Shown here piece after piece: positions 30,873 to 41,076 of a stretch of 64,000 bases of DNA. The stretch comes from an uncultured Sphingomonas sp. (GTDB lineage Bacteria > Pseudomonadota > Alphaproteobacteria > Sphingomonadales > Sphingomonadaceae): NCBI GenBank assembly GCA_913775795.1, contig CAJYLT010000042.1:8669-72668 (forward strand). The letters run 5' to 3'. Numbering within the stretch: the stretch's first letter is position 1; each line of letters opens with the position of its first letter. The translations under genes were made by a program, and so were the position numbers. The notes below the pieces were generated by a model. It had not been told where the DNA came from, made no database searches, and was given only the letters and a program-made list of their open reading frames with translations.

Positions 30873-32170
30873 CTCGCTAGGCGGATCGGCGGGGCTTCGC
30901 TGACGGGCGGCTGCGGCTGGTCGGGCCAGATGCCGCGGGTGTCGTAGACGCGCTTGGCCGCGCGCTCTTCGAGGGGGACAGAGCGGAAGACGTCATGATC
31001 GACGAGGACGACCAGGATCGGGCACGTCTCGAGCGCGGTGTCGATATCGATCAGGCTGGCGCCGCTGCCGTCGAACGCGCTTGGCAGCGTGTCGGCATAG
31101 GGCTCCACGATCCGCACCCGATCGCCGAAACGGTGGGCTAGGGACGCGGCGACCTTGAGCGCGGGGCTTTCGCGGAAGTCGTCGATGTTCGCCTTGAACG
31201 CGAGGCCGAGGCAGGCGACTGGGGCGCCGGGCATCGCCTCGATCAGCGCTTCGGCCCGGCCGATCGTGTAGCCCGTCTTGGCATCGTTCACCTCGCGCGC
31301 GGTGCGGATCAGCGGGGTATTCTCCGGATCGCCATGGACGAGGAACCAGGGATCGACCGCGATGCAGTGCCCGCCGACGCCGGGGCCGGGCGACAGGATG
31401 TTGACGCGCGGATGCCGGTTGGCGAGGCGGATGACTTCCCACACGTCGATGCCGAGATTGCCCGCCACCACCGACAATTCGTTGGCAAAGGCGATGTTGA
31501 CGTCGCGGAATGCGTTTTCGGTGAGCTTGGTCATCTCCGCCGCGCGCGCGGTGGTGGTGACACACGCGCCGCGCACGAAGCGGCGATAGAATTGCAGCGC
31601 CTTTCGCGCGCAACGCGGCGTGATGCCACCGATGACGCGGTCGTTGTCAATCAGCTCGACCAGGATGCGGCCGGGCAGCACCCGTTCCGGGCAATAGGCG
31701 ATGGCGATGTCGGGCGTGCCCGGCCCCATGCCGGGGACCTTCAGGTCGGGGCGCAGCTTCGCCAGCAGGTCGCGCACCTTCTCGGTCGTGCCGACCGGCG
31801 AGGTCGATTCGAGGATCACCACGTCGCCGGCCTTCAGCGCGGCGGCGACGGTCGTCGCGGCCTTGAGCACATAGCCGATGTCGGGCGCATGATTGTCGCC
31901 GAACGGCGTCGGCACCGCGATCACGAATACGTCGGCCGGCTCGATCAGCGTCGAGGCGCGCAAATTGCCGCGCGCGACCACGCCGGAGACGAGGCCGTCG
32001 AGGTCGATCTCCTCGATATGCACGCGGCCCGAATTGACGGTGTCGACGACCGTCTGGCTCACGTCGATGCCCAGCACCTGTGCCCCCGTCCGCGCGATCA
32101 CCGCGGCGGTGGGCAGGCCGATATAGCCGAGGCCGAGGACCGCGACCTTGAGTTCAGCGTCGGTGGGCAT
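30869..32170 (-). CDS. wecC: UDP-N-acetyl-D-mannosamine dehydrogenase
   Basis: GLGYIGLP, ESTSPVGTT, CPERVLPG, PGPGVGGHCI, GLAFKANIDDFRESPA. Confidence 0.95.
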   Translation of the reverse strand: MPTDAELKVAVLGLGYIGLPTAAVIARTGAQVLGIDVSQTVVDTVNSGRVHIEEIDLDGLVSGVVARGNLRASTLIEPADVFVIAVPTPFGDNHAPDIGYVLKAATTVAAALKAGDVVILESTSPVGTTEKVRDLLAKLRPDLKVPGMGPGTPDIAIAYCPERVLPGRILVELIDNDRVIGGITPRCARKALQFYRRFVRGACVTTTARAAEMTKLTENAFRDVNIAFANELSVVAGNLGIDVWEVIRLANRHPRVNILSPGPGVGGHCIAVDPWFLVHGDPENTPLIRTAREVNDAKTGYTIGRAEALIEAMPGAPVACLGLAFKANIDDFRESPALKVAASLAHRFGDRVRIVEPYADTLPSAFDGSGASLIDIDTALETCPILVVLVDHDVFRSVPLEERAAKRVYDTRGIWPDQPQPPVSEAPPIRLAS

Positions 32171-33278
32171 CCGCGACAAGCTCCGATATCCGTGCCGCGG
32201 CATGGCCGTCGCCGAACGGATTGTGGGCGCGCGCCATCGCGGAATAGGCGCTCTTGTCGTCCAGAAGGCTGAAGATTTCGGAAACGATCCGCGCCGGATC
32301 GGTGCCGACCAGCCGCGCGGTGCCCGCCTCGACCCCCTCAGGCCGCTCGGTCGTCTCGCGCATCACCAGTACCGGCTTGCCGAGGGCGGGCGCTTCCTCC
32401 TGCACACCGCCCGAATCGGTGAGGACGATGGTCGACAGGTCGAGCGCGCGAATGAAGTGCGGATAATCGAGTGGGTCGATGCGCGCGATGTTCGGCCGGT
32501 CGCCCAGCATCGCGTCCATCACCGATACGACATTGGGGTTGGGGTGACAGGGAAAGACGATCGCCACATCCGGCCGCTCGGCGATCTCGGCGATGGCGCG
32601 GGCGATATTCTCCATGCCCCCGCCGAAGTTTTCCCGGCGATGCGTGGTGACGAGGACGATCCGCTTGCCCGCAAACCGCGCGGCGAGGTCGTCGAGGCCG
32701 CTCGCCAGCGCCGGCTGCGCGTCGATCTTCGCGCGGGTCCAGTGGAGCGCGTCGATCACGGTGTTGCCGGTGACGTGGATGCCCGCCGGGTCGATATTCT
32801 CGCGGCGGAGCGCATTGGCCGCCGTCTCGGTCGGCGCGAAATGGAGGTCGGCGATCGGCGCGACGATGCGGCGGTTCACTTCCTCGGGCCAAGGGTGGTA
32901 GATGTCGCCCGAGCGCAGCCCCGCCTCGACATGCGCGACGGGGATCTTGCGGTAATAGGCGACGAGCGCGCCGACCATCGCGGTGGCGGTATCCCCCTGC
33001 ACGATCACCCGGTCCGGCTTCTCGGCGTCCATCACCTCGCCGAGGCCCGTCAGCAGGCGGGCGGTCAGGCGGTCGAGGCTCTGGCCCGGTTCCATCAGGT
33101 CGAGGTCGATGTCGGGGGCGAGGCCGGCGATCTCCAGCACCTGATCGAGCAGCCCGCGATGCTGGGCGGTGACGCAGGTGCGCACGTCGAGCCCCGGCTG
33201 GTCGCGCAGTGCCGCGACGACGGGGAAGAGCTTGATGGCTTCCGGCCGGGTGCCGAAGATCGTAAGGACGCGGGTCAT
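32154..33278 (-). CDS. wecB: UDP-GlcNAc 2-epimerase (non-hydrolysing)
   Basis: FGTRPEAIK, QGDT, HVEAGLRS, HRREN, TDSGGVQEEA, TERPE. Confidence 0.96.
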   Translation of the reverse strand: MTRVLTIFGTRPEAIKLFPVVAALRDQPGLDVRTCVTAQHRGLLDQVLEIAGLAPDIDLDLMEPGQSLDRLTARLLTGLGEVMDAEKPDRVIVQGDTATAMVGALVAYYRKIPVAHVEAGLRSGDIYHPWPEEVNRRIVAPIADLHFAPTETAANALRRENIDPAGIHVTGNTVIDALHWTRAKIDAQPALASGLDDLAARFAGKRIVLVTTHRRENFGGGMENIARAIAEIAERPDVAIVFPCHPNPNVVSVMDAMLGDRPNIARIDPLDYPHFIRALDLSTIVLTDSGGVQEEAPALGKPVLVMRETTERPEGVEAGTARLVGTDPARIVSEIFSLLDDKSAYSAMARAHNPFGDGHAAARISELVADAHRR

Positions 33279-33322
33279 GCCGGCGACTTAGCGCGGCAAG
33301 GTGAAGCAAGCGCTAACCCGCT

Positions 33323-33913
33323 TCACGCGAACAGCCCCGGCTCGCGCAGGCGGAGCGCGTGGAGGAGCAGCATCAGCTTGCCGTCGATGCCGTCGGGATC
33401 GCGGGTCAGCGCCCAGAGGTCGGCCATCGGGCGCTCGTGCACGGTGATATGCTCGTCCTCGTGCGCCAGCCCGCCGCCGGCCGCGACGCGATCGGCGGCT
33501 GTGTAGCGGCCGAGGAAATAGTCGATCCGCTCCGTCGTCGCGCCCGGCGTGGTCCAGACATGGCCGACATGCTCGAGGTCGGTCAGGCGGACGCCCGCCT
33601 CCTCCATCGCCTCGGCACGCGCAACCGCTTCCGGCGCGGCATCGGCGTCGATCGAACCGGCGATCGCCTCGACAAGGCCCGGGTGCCTCATGTGGAGCAG
33701 CGGCGCGCGCGGTGTCTCGATCACCAGCGCGACGCGCCGCTCGGGATCGTATGGCAGGACCGATACCGCATGCCACAGGCGCACCGCATGGCGTACGAAC
33801 GGCGCTGCCCCATCGACGCTTAGATGCAAACGCACCACGTCCAGCCAGCCCGTGTAGGGCGTGTCGCGCCCCACGATCGCGATGTCGCCCCGTGAAGAAT
33901 TGACTTCGCGCAA
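33323..33913 (-). CDS. NUDIX hydrolase (NDP-sugar pyrophosphatase, NudK/NudF-like)
   Basis: VLPYDP, partly degenerate Nudix box AG..AEAMEEAG, TPG..TE, GGGL..EDE.I; TTG start after GGAGG inferred. Confidence 0.85.
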   Translation of the reverse strand: MREVNSSRGDIAIVGRDTPYTGWLDVVRLHLSVDGAAPFVRHAVRLWHAVSVLPYDPERRVALVIETPRAPLLHMRHPGLVEAIAGSIDADAAPEAVARAEAMEEAGVRLTDLEHVGHVWTTPGATTERIDYFLGRYTAADRVAAGGGLAHEDEHITVHERPMADLWALTRDPDGIDGKLMLLLHALRLREPGLFA

Positions 33914-33957
33914 TCCGCCCTCCAGCCTTTGTCCCGAACGGGGGAAGGGCACAGCCG

Positions 33958-35340
33958 ATGGCCGAACGCAAGCTGATCGCGGGGCATGCCGTCCGCCGCG
34001 TGCGGCGACAGATGGGCCTGACTCAGGCGGCGATGGCCGAGGCGCTGGATATCTCGCCGAGCTATCTAAATCTCGTCGAACGCAATCAGCGGCCTATTTC
34101 GGCGACATTGCTGGTTCGGCTGGCCGAGAGGTTCGACTTCGACGCGCGCACGCTGGCGGCGAGCGAGCCGGGGGGCGGCGCGGCGGCGATGCGGCGGCGG
34201 CTGGCCGACCCGATGTTCGCCGACCTCGACATCGACCGCGGCGAGCTGGAGGAATGGCTGGCGAGCGCCCCCGGCGGGGCGGAGGCGTTCGCGCGCGCCT
34301 TCGATTCGCGCGGCGCGGCGGGCCCGGGTCTCGACGACGGGCACGATCGCGTCGCGCGGGAAGTGCGGCGCGCGATCGAGCATTGGCGCAACCACTTTCC
34401 CGATCTCGACGCCGCGGCGGAGGCGCTGGCCGACGAACTGCGGCTGGCGAGCGGCGACCTGGGGCAGGCGATCGCCGATCGGCTGCGCACGCGCCACCAA
34501 TTGTCGGTCCGCATTTTGCCGGTCGAGGTGATGCCCGACCGGCTAAAGCGCCTCGACCTCCATGCCCGCCAATTGCAGCTTTCCGAACTGCTCGATCCCG
34601 CTAGCCGCATCTTCGCCATGGCCGAGCGGCTGGCGGGCGAGGTGCAGGGGGAGGTCGACGCGATCGTTCGCGGCGCCGGGCTGTCGGATCGGGTGGCGGA
34701 GCGCCTGCTGCGCCGCCACGTCATCGGCTATTTCGCGGCGGCGGTGATGATGCCCTATGCCCGCTTCCTGCGCGCGTGCGAGGCGACGGGGTATGATATC
34801 GAGCTGCTGCAACGGCGGTTCGGCGCGGGGTTCGAGCAGGTCGCGCACCGGCTGACGACGCTGCAGCGAGTCGGGGCCCGGGGCCTGCCCTTCTTCATGC
34901 TGCGCGTCGACCGGGCAGGGCAGGTATCGAAACGCTATGCGGGGGCGAGCGTGTCCCCGCTGGTCGAGGGCGGCCTTTGCCCGTTGTGGGACGTGTTCGC
35001 GGCGCTGGCACGGCCGGGCGAGCTCGTCACGCAACTGGTCGAGAGCGAGGACGGTGGCCGCTGGCTGACGATGGCGAGGAGCGTCCAGCCGCATGCCGGG
35101 CCGCTCGGCGGCGTGCGCGGGCGGTTTGCCGTTGCGATCGGCGTGGCGGCGGGCGAGGCGGGCGGCCTCGCGGCGGCGCGAGGGATCGACCTTGCCGGGC
35201 GGGCGATGCCGATCGGGCTCGGCTGCACCGCCTGCACGCGCGCGGATTGCTCGCAGCGGAGCGCACCGCCGGCGGGCCGCGCGCGGATCGTCAGCGATCG
35301 GGAAGCAGGAATGACGCCGTTTGCGTTCGGCGGGGATTAG
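33958..35340 (+). CDS. Short-chain fatty acyl-CoA regulator (ScfR/RamB/PrpR-like XRE family)
   Basis: [45 protein letters not shown]-terminal C-x2-C-x4-C. Confidence 0.93.
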   Translation: MAERKLIAGHAVRRVRRQMGLTQAAMAEALDISPSYLNLVERNQRPISATLLVRLAERFDFDARTLAASEPGGGAAAMRRRLADPMFADLDIDRGELEEWLASAPGGAEAFARAFDSRGAAGPGLDDGHDRVAREVRRAIEHWRNHFPDLDAAAEALADELRLASGDLGQAIADRLRTRHQLSVRILPVEVMPDRLKRLDLHARQLQLSELLDPASRIFAMAERLAGEVQGEVDAIVRGAGLSDRVAERLLRRHVIGYFAAAVMMPYARFLRACEATGYDIELLQRRFGAGFEQVAHRLTTLQRVGARGLPFFMLRVDRAGQVSKRYAGASVSPLVEGGLCPLWDVFAALARPGELVTQLVESEDGGRWLTMARSVQPHAGPLGGVRGRFAVAIGVAAGEAGGLAAARGIDLAGRAMPIGLGCTACTRADCSQRSAPPAGRARIVSDREAGMTPFAFGGD

Positions 35341-36674
35341 GCCGCAAACGTCTGCGCCAGCAGTGTCACGTTCAGGCCGATGACGATGAAACAGATGGCC
35401 CAGGCGAGGACCTTCAGCACCGGCCCGTTGACGAAACCGCCCATTAGCTTGCGGTCGCTGGTGAAGCGGACGAGCGGCCAGACCGCGAAGGGGAGCTGAA
35501 GGCTGAGCACCACCTGGCTCAGGATCAGCAGCCGCGCGGTACCGCTCTCGCCATAAAGCGCGGCGACCGTCGCCGCTGGCACGATCGCGATCAGCCGGGT
35601 GGCGAGGCGGCGGAGCCAGACGGGGAGGCGGATCCTAAGGAATCCCTCCATCACGATCTGGCCGGCAAGTGTCCCCGTCACCGTCGAATTCTGCCCCGCC
35701 GCCAGCAGCGCCACCGCGAACAGCGTGCTGGCAAGGCCCGCGCCCAGCATCGGGGTCAGCAGCTGATATGCCTCCTGAATTTCCGCCACTTCGGTCCGGC
35801 CGGCGGTGTGAAACGTGGCGGCGGCCAGAATGAGGATCGAGGCGTTGATGCAGAAGGCGAGCGCCAGCGCGACGGTCGAATCGATCGTCGCCAGTTTGAG
35901 CGCGTCGCGCCGGCCGGCATCGTCCTGAACGAACGAGCGCGTCTGCACGATCGAGCTGTGGAGGTAGAGATTGTGCGGCATCACCGTCGCGCCGAGGATG
36001 CCGATCGCGATGTAGAGCATTGCCGGGTTCGTGACGATCTGGCTCGACGGCATGAGCCCCGCCGCCACCGCCGCCCATTCGGGCCGGGCGAAGATCAGCT
36101 CGGCGATGAAGCATCCGGCGATGATGACGAGCAGCGCGACGATGAACGCCTCCAGCTTCCGAAACCCGAAGCGCTGGAGCGCGAGGATCAGCATCACGTC
36201 GACGGCGGTAATGGCAATGCCGGCAACGAGCGGGATGCCGAACAGCAATTGCAGCGCGATTGCGGTGCCGATCACCTCGGCCAGATCACACGCGATGATG
36301 GCAAGCTCGCACAGCGCCCACAGGATGACGCGCGCGACCGGGCCGTACTGTTCGGCGCATGCCTGTGCAAGGTCGCGGCCCGCGACGATGCCGAGCTTCG
36401 CCGACAGCGACTGGAGGATCATCGCCATCAGGTTCGAGAACAGGATGACCGACAGCAGCGTATAGCCGAACGTCGACCCGCCGGCGATGTCGGTCGCCCA
36501 GTTGCCGGGGTCCATGTATCCGACCGCGACCAGATAGCCCGGCCCCGCAAACGCCCCCAGCCGCCGCCAGAACGACGCGCCCGCCGCCGGGACGGCGACG
36601 CTGCGATAGCTTTCGGGCAGGCTGCCCGCGCGCCCGGCGTCGATTTCGGCACTGGCGGGCGGCGGCGGTGCCAT
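35337..36674 (-). CDS. mntH: Nramp family Mn2+/divalent metal transporter
   Basis: YMDPGNW and VMPHNLYLH signatures. Confidence 0.96.
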   Translation of the reverse strand: MAPPPPASAEIDAGRAGSLPESYRSVAVPAAGASFWRRLGAFAGPGYLVAVGYMDPGNWATDIAGGSTFGYTLLSVILFSNLMAMILQSLSAKLGIVAGRDLAQACAEQYGPVARVILWALCELAIIACDLAEVIGTAIALQLLFGIPLVAGIAITAVDVMLILALQRFGFRKLEAFIVALLVIIAGCFIAELIFARPEWAAVAAGLMPSSQIVTNPAMLYIAIGILGATVMPHNLYLHSSIVQTRSFVQDDAGRRDALKLATIDSTVALALAFCINASILILAAATFHTAGRTEVAEIQEAYQLLTPMLGAGLASTLFAVALLAAGQNSTVTGTLAGQIVMEGFLRIRLPVWLRRLATRLIAIVPAATVAALYGESGTARLLILSQVVLSLQLPFAVWPLVRFTSDRKLMGGFVNGPVLKVLAWAICFIVIGLNVTLLAQTFAA

Positions 36675-36782
36675 GCTGTTCGCGTTCCCCTCGGCTTTCC
36701 AGCGGGCCTAACGCCATGGCGGCGGCTTGGCTGCATCCTTCGCCCGGACCGATCGTTGGGCTGGCTGAAAGATCGGGGGCTT

Positions 36783-37616
36783 ATGCAGAATCTCTGGTTC
36801 ATCACCAACCCCGCTTCGGGATCGGCGACGCGCGAGAAGTGCGACGCGATCGAGGCGGTGTTCGCCGAACGCGGCCTGTCGCTGGTCGGCCGCACCGGCT
36901 TTCCCGACGAGGCCCTGCCGGACGAAGCGGCGCTTGCGGCGGCGGACGCGGATACCGTCGTGCTCTTCGCGGGTGACGGCACGATCAACGCGGCTTTGTG
37001 CAAGCTGGCGTCGTGGGAGGGCAGCTTCCTGATCCTGCCCGGCGGTACGATGAACCTGCTGGCCAAGGCGCTGCACGACAGCCTCGATCCCGCCAAAATC
37101 ATCCAGGCCGCGGCCGGGGAGCAGGTACGCGTCGCGCTTCCTTATGCAGAGGCGGGGCCGCATCGGGCGTTCGTCGGCCTCATCATCGGCCCCGCCGCGC
37201 AGTGGTTCCGCGCGCGAGAGGCGGTGCGCAAGCGCCGGTTGCTCGCGCTGTTCCGGGCGATGCGTCACGCCTGGGGCCGCACCTTTGGCAAGGGGGTGCG
37301 CGTGTCGGGGACGGTGCGGCTGCGTCGGCGGTATCAGGCGGTGCTGGTCACACCTGATTCGAACGGCCTGGACGTGGCGGGCATCGACGCGCGCGACTGG
37401 CGCTCGATCGCCGCGCTCGGCTGGAACTGGGTATCGGGCGACTGGGTGGGCGCGGGCGCCGTCACCCATGCGATCTCGCGGCACTTGGTGATCGAGGGGC
37501 GGCGGCCGGTCCTGGCGCTGTTCGACGGGGAGCCCGAGCGGCTGGACCCCGGCACGCGCATCACCGGCGGCATGAGCGCCGAGCGCTTCATCGCCACGCG
37601 AAAGGAGGCGGCATGA
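36783..37616 (+). CDS. Diacylglycerol/lipid kinase family protein
   Basis: ITNPASGS, AGDGTIN, LPGGTMN, FDGE; start ATG 36783. Confidence 0.85.
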   Translation: MQNLWFITNPASGSATREKCDAIEAVFAERGLSLVGRTGFPDEALPDEAALAAADADTVVLFAGDGTINAALCKLASWEGSFLILPGGTMNLLAKALHDSLDPAKIIQAAAGEQVRVALPYAEAGPHRAFVGLIIGPAAQWFRAREAVRKRRLLALFRAMRHAWGRTFGKGVRVSGTVRLRRRYQAVLVTPDSNGLDVAGIDARDWRSIAALGWNWVSGDWVGAGAVTHAISRHLVIEGRRPVLALFDGEPERLDPGTRITGGMSAERFIATRKEAA

Positions 37617-38359
37617 TCCGGCTGTTCCACGTCAGCGACCTGCATTTCGGGGCGGAGGATCGCGCCGCGCTCGACTGGTTCGCGCGGATCGTCGCCGACG
37701 AGAAGCCCGACGCCATCCTGATGACCGGCGACCTGACGCAGCGCGCCCGTGCGAGCGAGTTCGCCGAGGCGGCCGAGTGGCTCGAATCGCTCGGTCGCCC
37801 GACGACGGTCGAGGTCGGCAATCACGACCTGCCGGTCTACAACCCGATCCAGCGGCTGTTCCTGCCCTATCGCCGGTACAAGACGCTGGAGCGGATGATC
37901 GAGCGGCCGCTGGAGGTCCGGGGCGTGACGATCGCGCCGCTCCGGACCACCGCGCGGTTCCAGCTTCGGCTCGACTGGTCGAAGGGCTTCGTGACGCCGC
38001 AGCGGCTGGCGCATACCGTCCGGCTAGTCGAATCGGCACCCGCGGGCGACCTGATCTTCGTCACCGCGCACCACCCGCTGATCGAGGCGGGCACCCGGAC
38101 CGAAGCGCGGACGCATGGCGGTGAAGGGGCACTCCGGGCGCTGGCGAGGGCGGGCGCGCATGCGGTCCTGACGGGGCATGTCCACGACCCCTTCGACGTG
38201 GCGCATGAGGTCGACGGCCGCACCGTCCGCCTGATCGGCGCGGGCACGCTGTCCGAGCGGGTGCGCGAGACCCGGCCCTCGTTCAACGAGATTCGGGTGG
38301 AGGGGCGGACGTTCGAGACCGTCGCGCGGGTGATGGACGGGCCGGATCGGCGGGTTTGA
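37613..38359 (+). CDS. Calcineurin-like metallophosphoesterase (CpdA-like)
   Basis: SDLHFG, TGDLT, GNHD, HHP, GHVH; ATGA overlap with the upstream gene. Confidence 0.92.
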   Translation: MIRLFHVSDLHFGAEDRAALDWFARIVADEKPDAILMTGDLTQRARASEFAEAAEWLESLGRPTTVEVGNHDLPVYNPIQRLFLPYRRYKTLERMIERPLEVRGVTIAPLRTTARFQLRLDWSKGFVTPQRLAHTVRLVESAPAGDLIFVTAHHPLIEAGTRTEARTHGGEGALRALARAGAHAVLTGHVHDPFDVAHEVDGRTVRLIGAGTLSERVRETRPSFNEIRVEGRTFETVARVMDGPDRRV

Positions 38360-38405
38360 CGCGGGGCCTCTTTCCCCTGCCATTACAGCGTGGCATCCGA
38401 TCGGC

Positions 38406-39080
38406 ATGCGCACCCGAATCAAGATCTGCTGCATCGCGTCGCCAGACGAAGCGAGGATGGCGATCGACGCAGGTGCGGATGCGCTGGGTCTGGTCGCGCG
38501 CATGCCGTCCGGGCCCGGACCCATCGCCGATGAATTGATCGCCAGCATTACCGCGATGGTGCCGCCGCCGGTGTCGACATTCCTGCTGACGTCGGAAACG
38601 CGCGCGGCCGACATCGCCGACCATATCGGCGCGACCAATCCGACGACGGTGCAGATCGTTTCGCATATCGACCCCGCCGAGTCGCTCAAACTGGCGCAAC
38701 TGGCGCCGCATGTCCGGCGGGTGCAGGTGATCCATGTCGAGGGGGAGGACGCGCTCGACCTGATCCCTCGCTACGGCCCACATGTTCACGCCTTCCTGCT
38801 CGATTCGGGGCGTCCAGACGCTGTCGTGCCCGAACTGGGTGGGACCGGCAGGGCGCACGACTGGGCAATCAGCGCCAGGTTCGTGCAGGCCAGCAGGCGG
38901 CCCGTCTTTCTCGCGGGCGGATTGAGCCCGAGCAATGTCGGCGATGCGATCCGACAGGTTCGCCCCTACGCCCTCGATCTTTGCTCCGGCGTGCGTAGCG
39001 ACGGCGTGCTGGACCAGGAAAAGCTGGCCAACTTTGTCGAGGCGGTGCGGATCGCGGATGCCGCGACTTCGCCGGTTTAA
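38406..39080 (+). CDS. trpF: Phosphoribosylanthranilate isomerase (TrpF family), stand-alone
   Basis: RIKICCI, GADALG, LLDS, GGTG..HDW, LAGGL.P.NV, LD.CSGV. Confidence 0.85.
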   Translation: MRTRIKICCIASPDEARMAIDAGADALGLVARMPSGPGPIADELIASITAMVPPPVSTFLLTSETRAADIADHIGATNPTTVQIVSHIDPAESLKLAQLAPHVRRVQVIHVEGEDALDLIPRYGPHVHAFLLDSGRPDAVVPELGGTGRAHDWAISARFVQASRRPVFLAGGLSPSNVGDAIRQVRPYALDLCSGVRSDGVLDQEKLANFVEAVRIADAATSPV

Positions 39081-39826
39081 CGAAGTCGCCGGCCGATCAG
39101 CGTCCCCTTCGTCCCGCCCAGTTCCAGTCCGAAGTCGAACTGCGGCCATTTGCGCCGCCACCTTGCCGCGATCACCCGTTCGCCCGGCCGCGCGCCGTCG
39201 TCGAGCATGATCGCACCGCCGACCGAAATGCGGTCGAACAGCACCTCCGCCGCGCCGCGGACGAAGGGGTGGAGGGTCCAGGGCGGGCCGTCGATCAGCA
39301 AGAGGTCGATCCGGTCGGGCAAGTCGCTGACATCGTACCAGAGCGCCGGCCAGCCTTCGGGCGCAGGGACGAGCGGGGAGGCGCGCATGTCGGCGTCGAG
39401 GCCGTGCTCGCGCAGCCAGTCGCGCGTCGCCGCGACGAAATCGCCATGCTGGTCGAGGCTGACGAGTCGCCCGCCGCCATGAAGCTGCAATGCACGCGCG
39501 ACGATCAGGCTGGAGGCACCGGCGCCGAGTTCGACGACGACCTGAGGCCGCTTCGCCTCGATCTCGTCGACGACGAGGTGAAGGAGGCCGGTATCCGCCT
39601 TCCAACTCCCCAGATTGGGGAGCGCGTCGGGGGCGAGGTCGAGGCGTTCGAGCAGCGCGGCCTTCTGCGCCTTGCGCCCGCCCGACAGGCTCTTCGCCAG
39701 CCACGGCCACTGGATCGCGCCCCACATAAAGGTGAAGGCGCGATCGGACAGCGTCCGGCGCCAGTCCTCCGGCCCGAGCTGAACGTCATTGCGGGAGAGG
39801 AACCCCGTTACCTCGCGCGTGGTCAT
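39077..39826 (-). CDS. Class I SAM-dependent methyltransferase (Methyltransf_24-like)
   Basis: VVELGAGASS, LVSLDQ, LLIDGP, IMLDD. Confidence 0.85.
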   Translation of the reverse strand: MTTREVTGFLSRNDVQLGPEDWRRTLSDRAFTFMWGAIQWPWLAKSLSGGRKAQKAALLERLDLAPDALPNLGSWKADTGLLHLVVDEIEAKRPQVVVELGAGASSLIVARALQLHGGGRLVSLDQHGDFVAATRDWLREHGLDADMRASPLVPAPEGWPALWYDVSDLPDRIDLLLIDGPPWTLHPFVRGAAEVLFDRISVGGAIMLDDGARPGERVIAARWRRKWPQFDFGLELGGTKGTLIGRRLR

Positions 39827-39902
39827 CGCGGATCGCTCAAGCGCTTGGTACGGTTCCGGTCAAGCGCCGTGCGACCAAAGCCCGTGGGCAAGCGCCCGGC
39901 GC

Positions 39903-39943
39903 AAACAAAAAGGGCGGCCCGTCGCCGGACCGCCCCCTTGTTT
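39903..39943 (-). terminator. Intrinsic terminator of rplM-rpsI
   Basis: Minus strand gggcggtccg-gcga-cgggccgccc followed by TTTTTGTTT. Confidence 0.85.
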
Positions 39944-39957
39944 CGATCGAGAACCGA

Positions 39958-40500
39958 TCAGCGCTTCGAGAACTGGAAGCTGCGGCGGGCCTTGGCCTTG
40001 CCGTACTTCTTACGCTCGACGGCGCGCGGGTCGCGGGTCAGAAAGCCCGCGGCCTTGACCGGCGGACGCAGCGCCGGCTCGTAGCGGGTCAGCGCCTGCG
40101 CGATGCCGTGCTTCACCGCGCCGGCCTGGCCCGACAGGCCACCACCCTTGACGGTGCAGACGACGTCGTACTGGCCCTCGCGCTCGGCGACCTGGAACAC
40201 CTGGTTCATGACGAGGCGCAGCGTCGGGCGCGCGAAATAGACCTCCTGGTCACGACCGTTGATCGTGATCTTGCCCGAGCCGGGCTTCAGCCACACGCGG
40301 GCGACGGCGTCCTTGCGGCGGCCGGTCGCATAGGCGCGGCCATAGGCGTCGATTTCCTGCGCGCGAAGCGGCGTGGTCGGCACCTGCGGCTGGACCGGGG
40401 CGGCGCCCTCGTTACCCTCGGCGGCGGGCGTCTCGCCCGACTGCGGCTGGCCCTGAGCGATCGAGGCAAGGTCGGACAGGGACTGGCGGTTGTCGGACAT
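39958..40500 (-). CDS. rpsI: 30S ribosomal protein S9
   Basis: [38 protein letters not shown]. Confidence 0.99.
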   Translation of the reverse strand: MSDNRQSLSDLASIAQGQPQSGETPAAEGNEGAAPVQPQVPTTPLRAQEIDAYGRAYATGRRKDAVARVWLKPGSGKITINGRDQEVYFARPTLRLVMNQVFQVAEREGQYDVVCTVKGGGLSGQAGAVKHGIAQALTRYEPALRPPVKAAGFLTRDPRAVERKKYGKAKARRSFQFSKR

Positions 40501-40979
40501 TATGCGCCCACCTTGTTCTTGCGGTTCATGCCCGCGATGTCGAGCACTTCGGGGTTCTGCGCGGTGTGCGGATGCTCCGCGCCCTTGTAGATGCGCAGGT
40601 TGCGCATCTGCTCACGGCCCAGCGGACCGCGCGGGATCATGCGCTCGATCGCCTTTTCGAGCACGCGCTCGGGGAAGCGGCCGTCGAGCACCTTGGCCGC
40701 GGTCACTTCCTTGATGCCGCCGGCATAGCCGGTGTGCTTGTAATAGGTCTTCTGCGCCAGCTTCTTGCCGGTGAACAGCACCTTGTCCGCGTTGATGACG
40801 GTGACGTTGTCACCGCAATCGACGTGCGGGGTGAAGCTCGTCTTGTGCTTGCCGCGCAGGACATTGGCGATGATCGTCGCCGCGCGACCGACCACCAGGC
40901 CGTCGGCGTCGACGATGTGCCACTTCTTTTCCACCTCTGCCGGCTTCACCGACTTGGTGGTCTTCATGAGCGCCTTCAT
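40500..40979 (-). CDS. rplM: 50S ribosomal protein L13
   Basis: [33 protein letters not shown]; start ATG 40979. Confidence 0.99.
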   Translation of the reverse strand: MKALMKTTKSVKPAEVEKKWHIVDADGLVVGRAATIIANVLRGKHKTSFTPHVDCGDNVTVINADKVLFTGKKLAQKTYYKHTGYAGGIKEVTAAKVLDGRFPERVLEKAIERMIPRGPLGREQMRNLRIYKGAEHPHTAQNPEVLDIAGMNRKNKVGA

Positions 40980-41047
40980 GGCTCTTCGACCTTTATGGGT
41001 AGAGGAATACCGTACGCCGCCCGATGTCGGGCGTCGTGCTGGCGCGC

Positions 41048-41076
41048 TCAATGTCGCGCTGCCCCCGCAAAGTCAA
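41048..41076 (-). promoter_or_regulatory. Probable sigma70 promoter of rplM-rpsI
   Basis: TTGACT-17-CATTGA about 70 bp upstream of the rplM start. Confidence 0.5.

Noticed and set aside
33302-33316. CtrA-like TGAA-N7-CTAA upstream of wecB (and TTAA-N7-TTGG near 62886)
   Set aside because: Two mismatches each; too weak without conservation data
36675-36782. Mn-responsive element (yybP-ykoY riboswitch or Mur/MntR box) upstream of mntH
   Set aside because: No recognisable consensus or AT-rich palindrome
40330-40500. N-terminal low-complexity extension of ribosomal protein S9
   Set aside because: Usual for alphaproteobacterial S9
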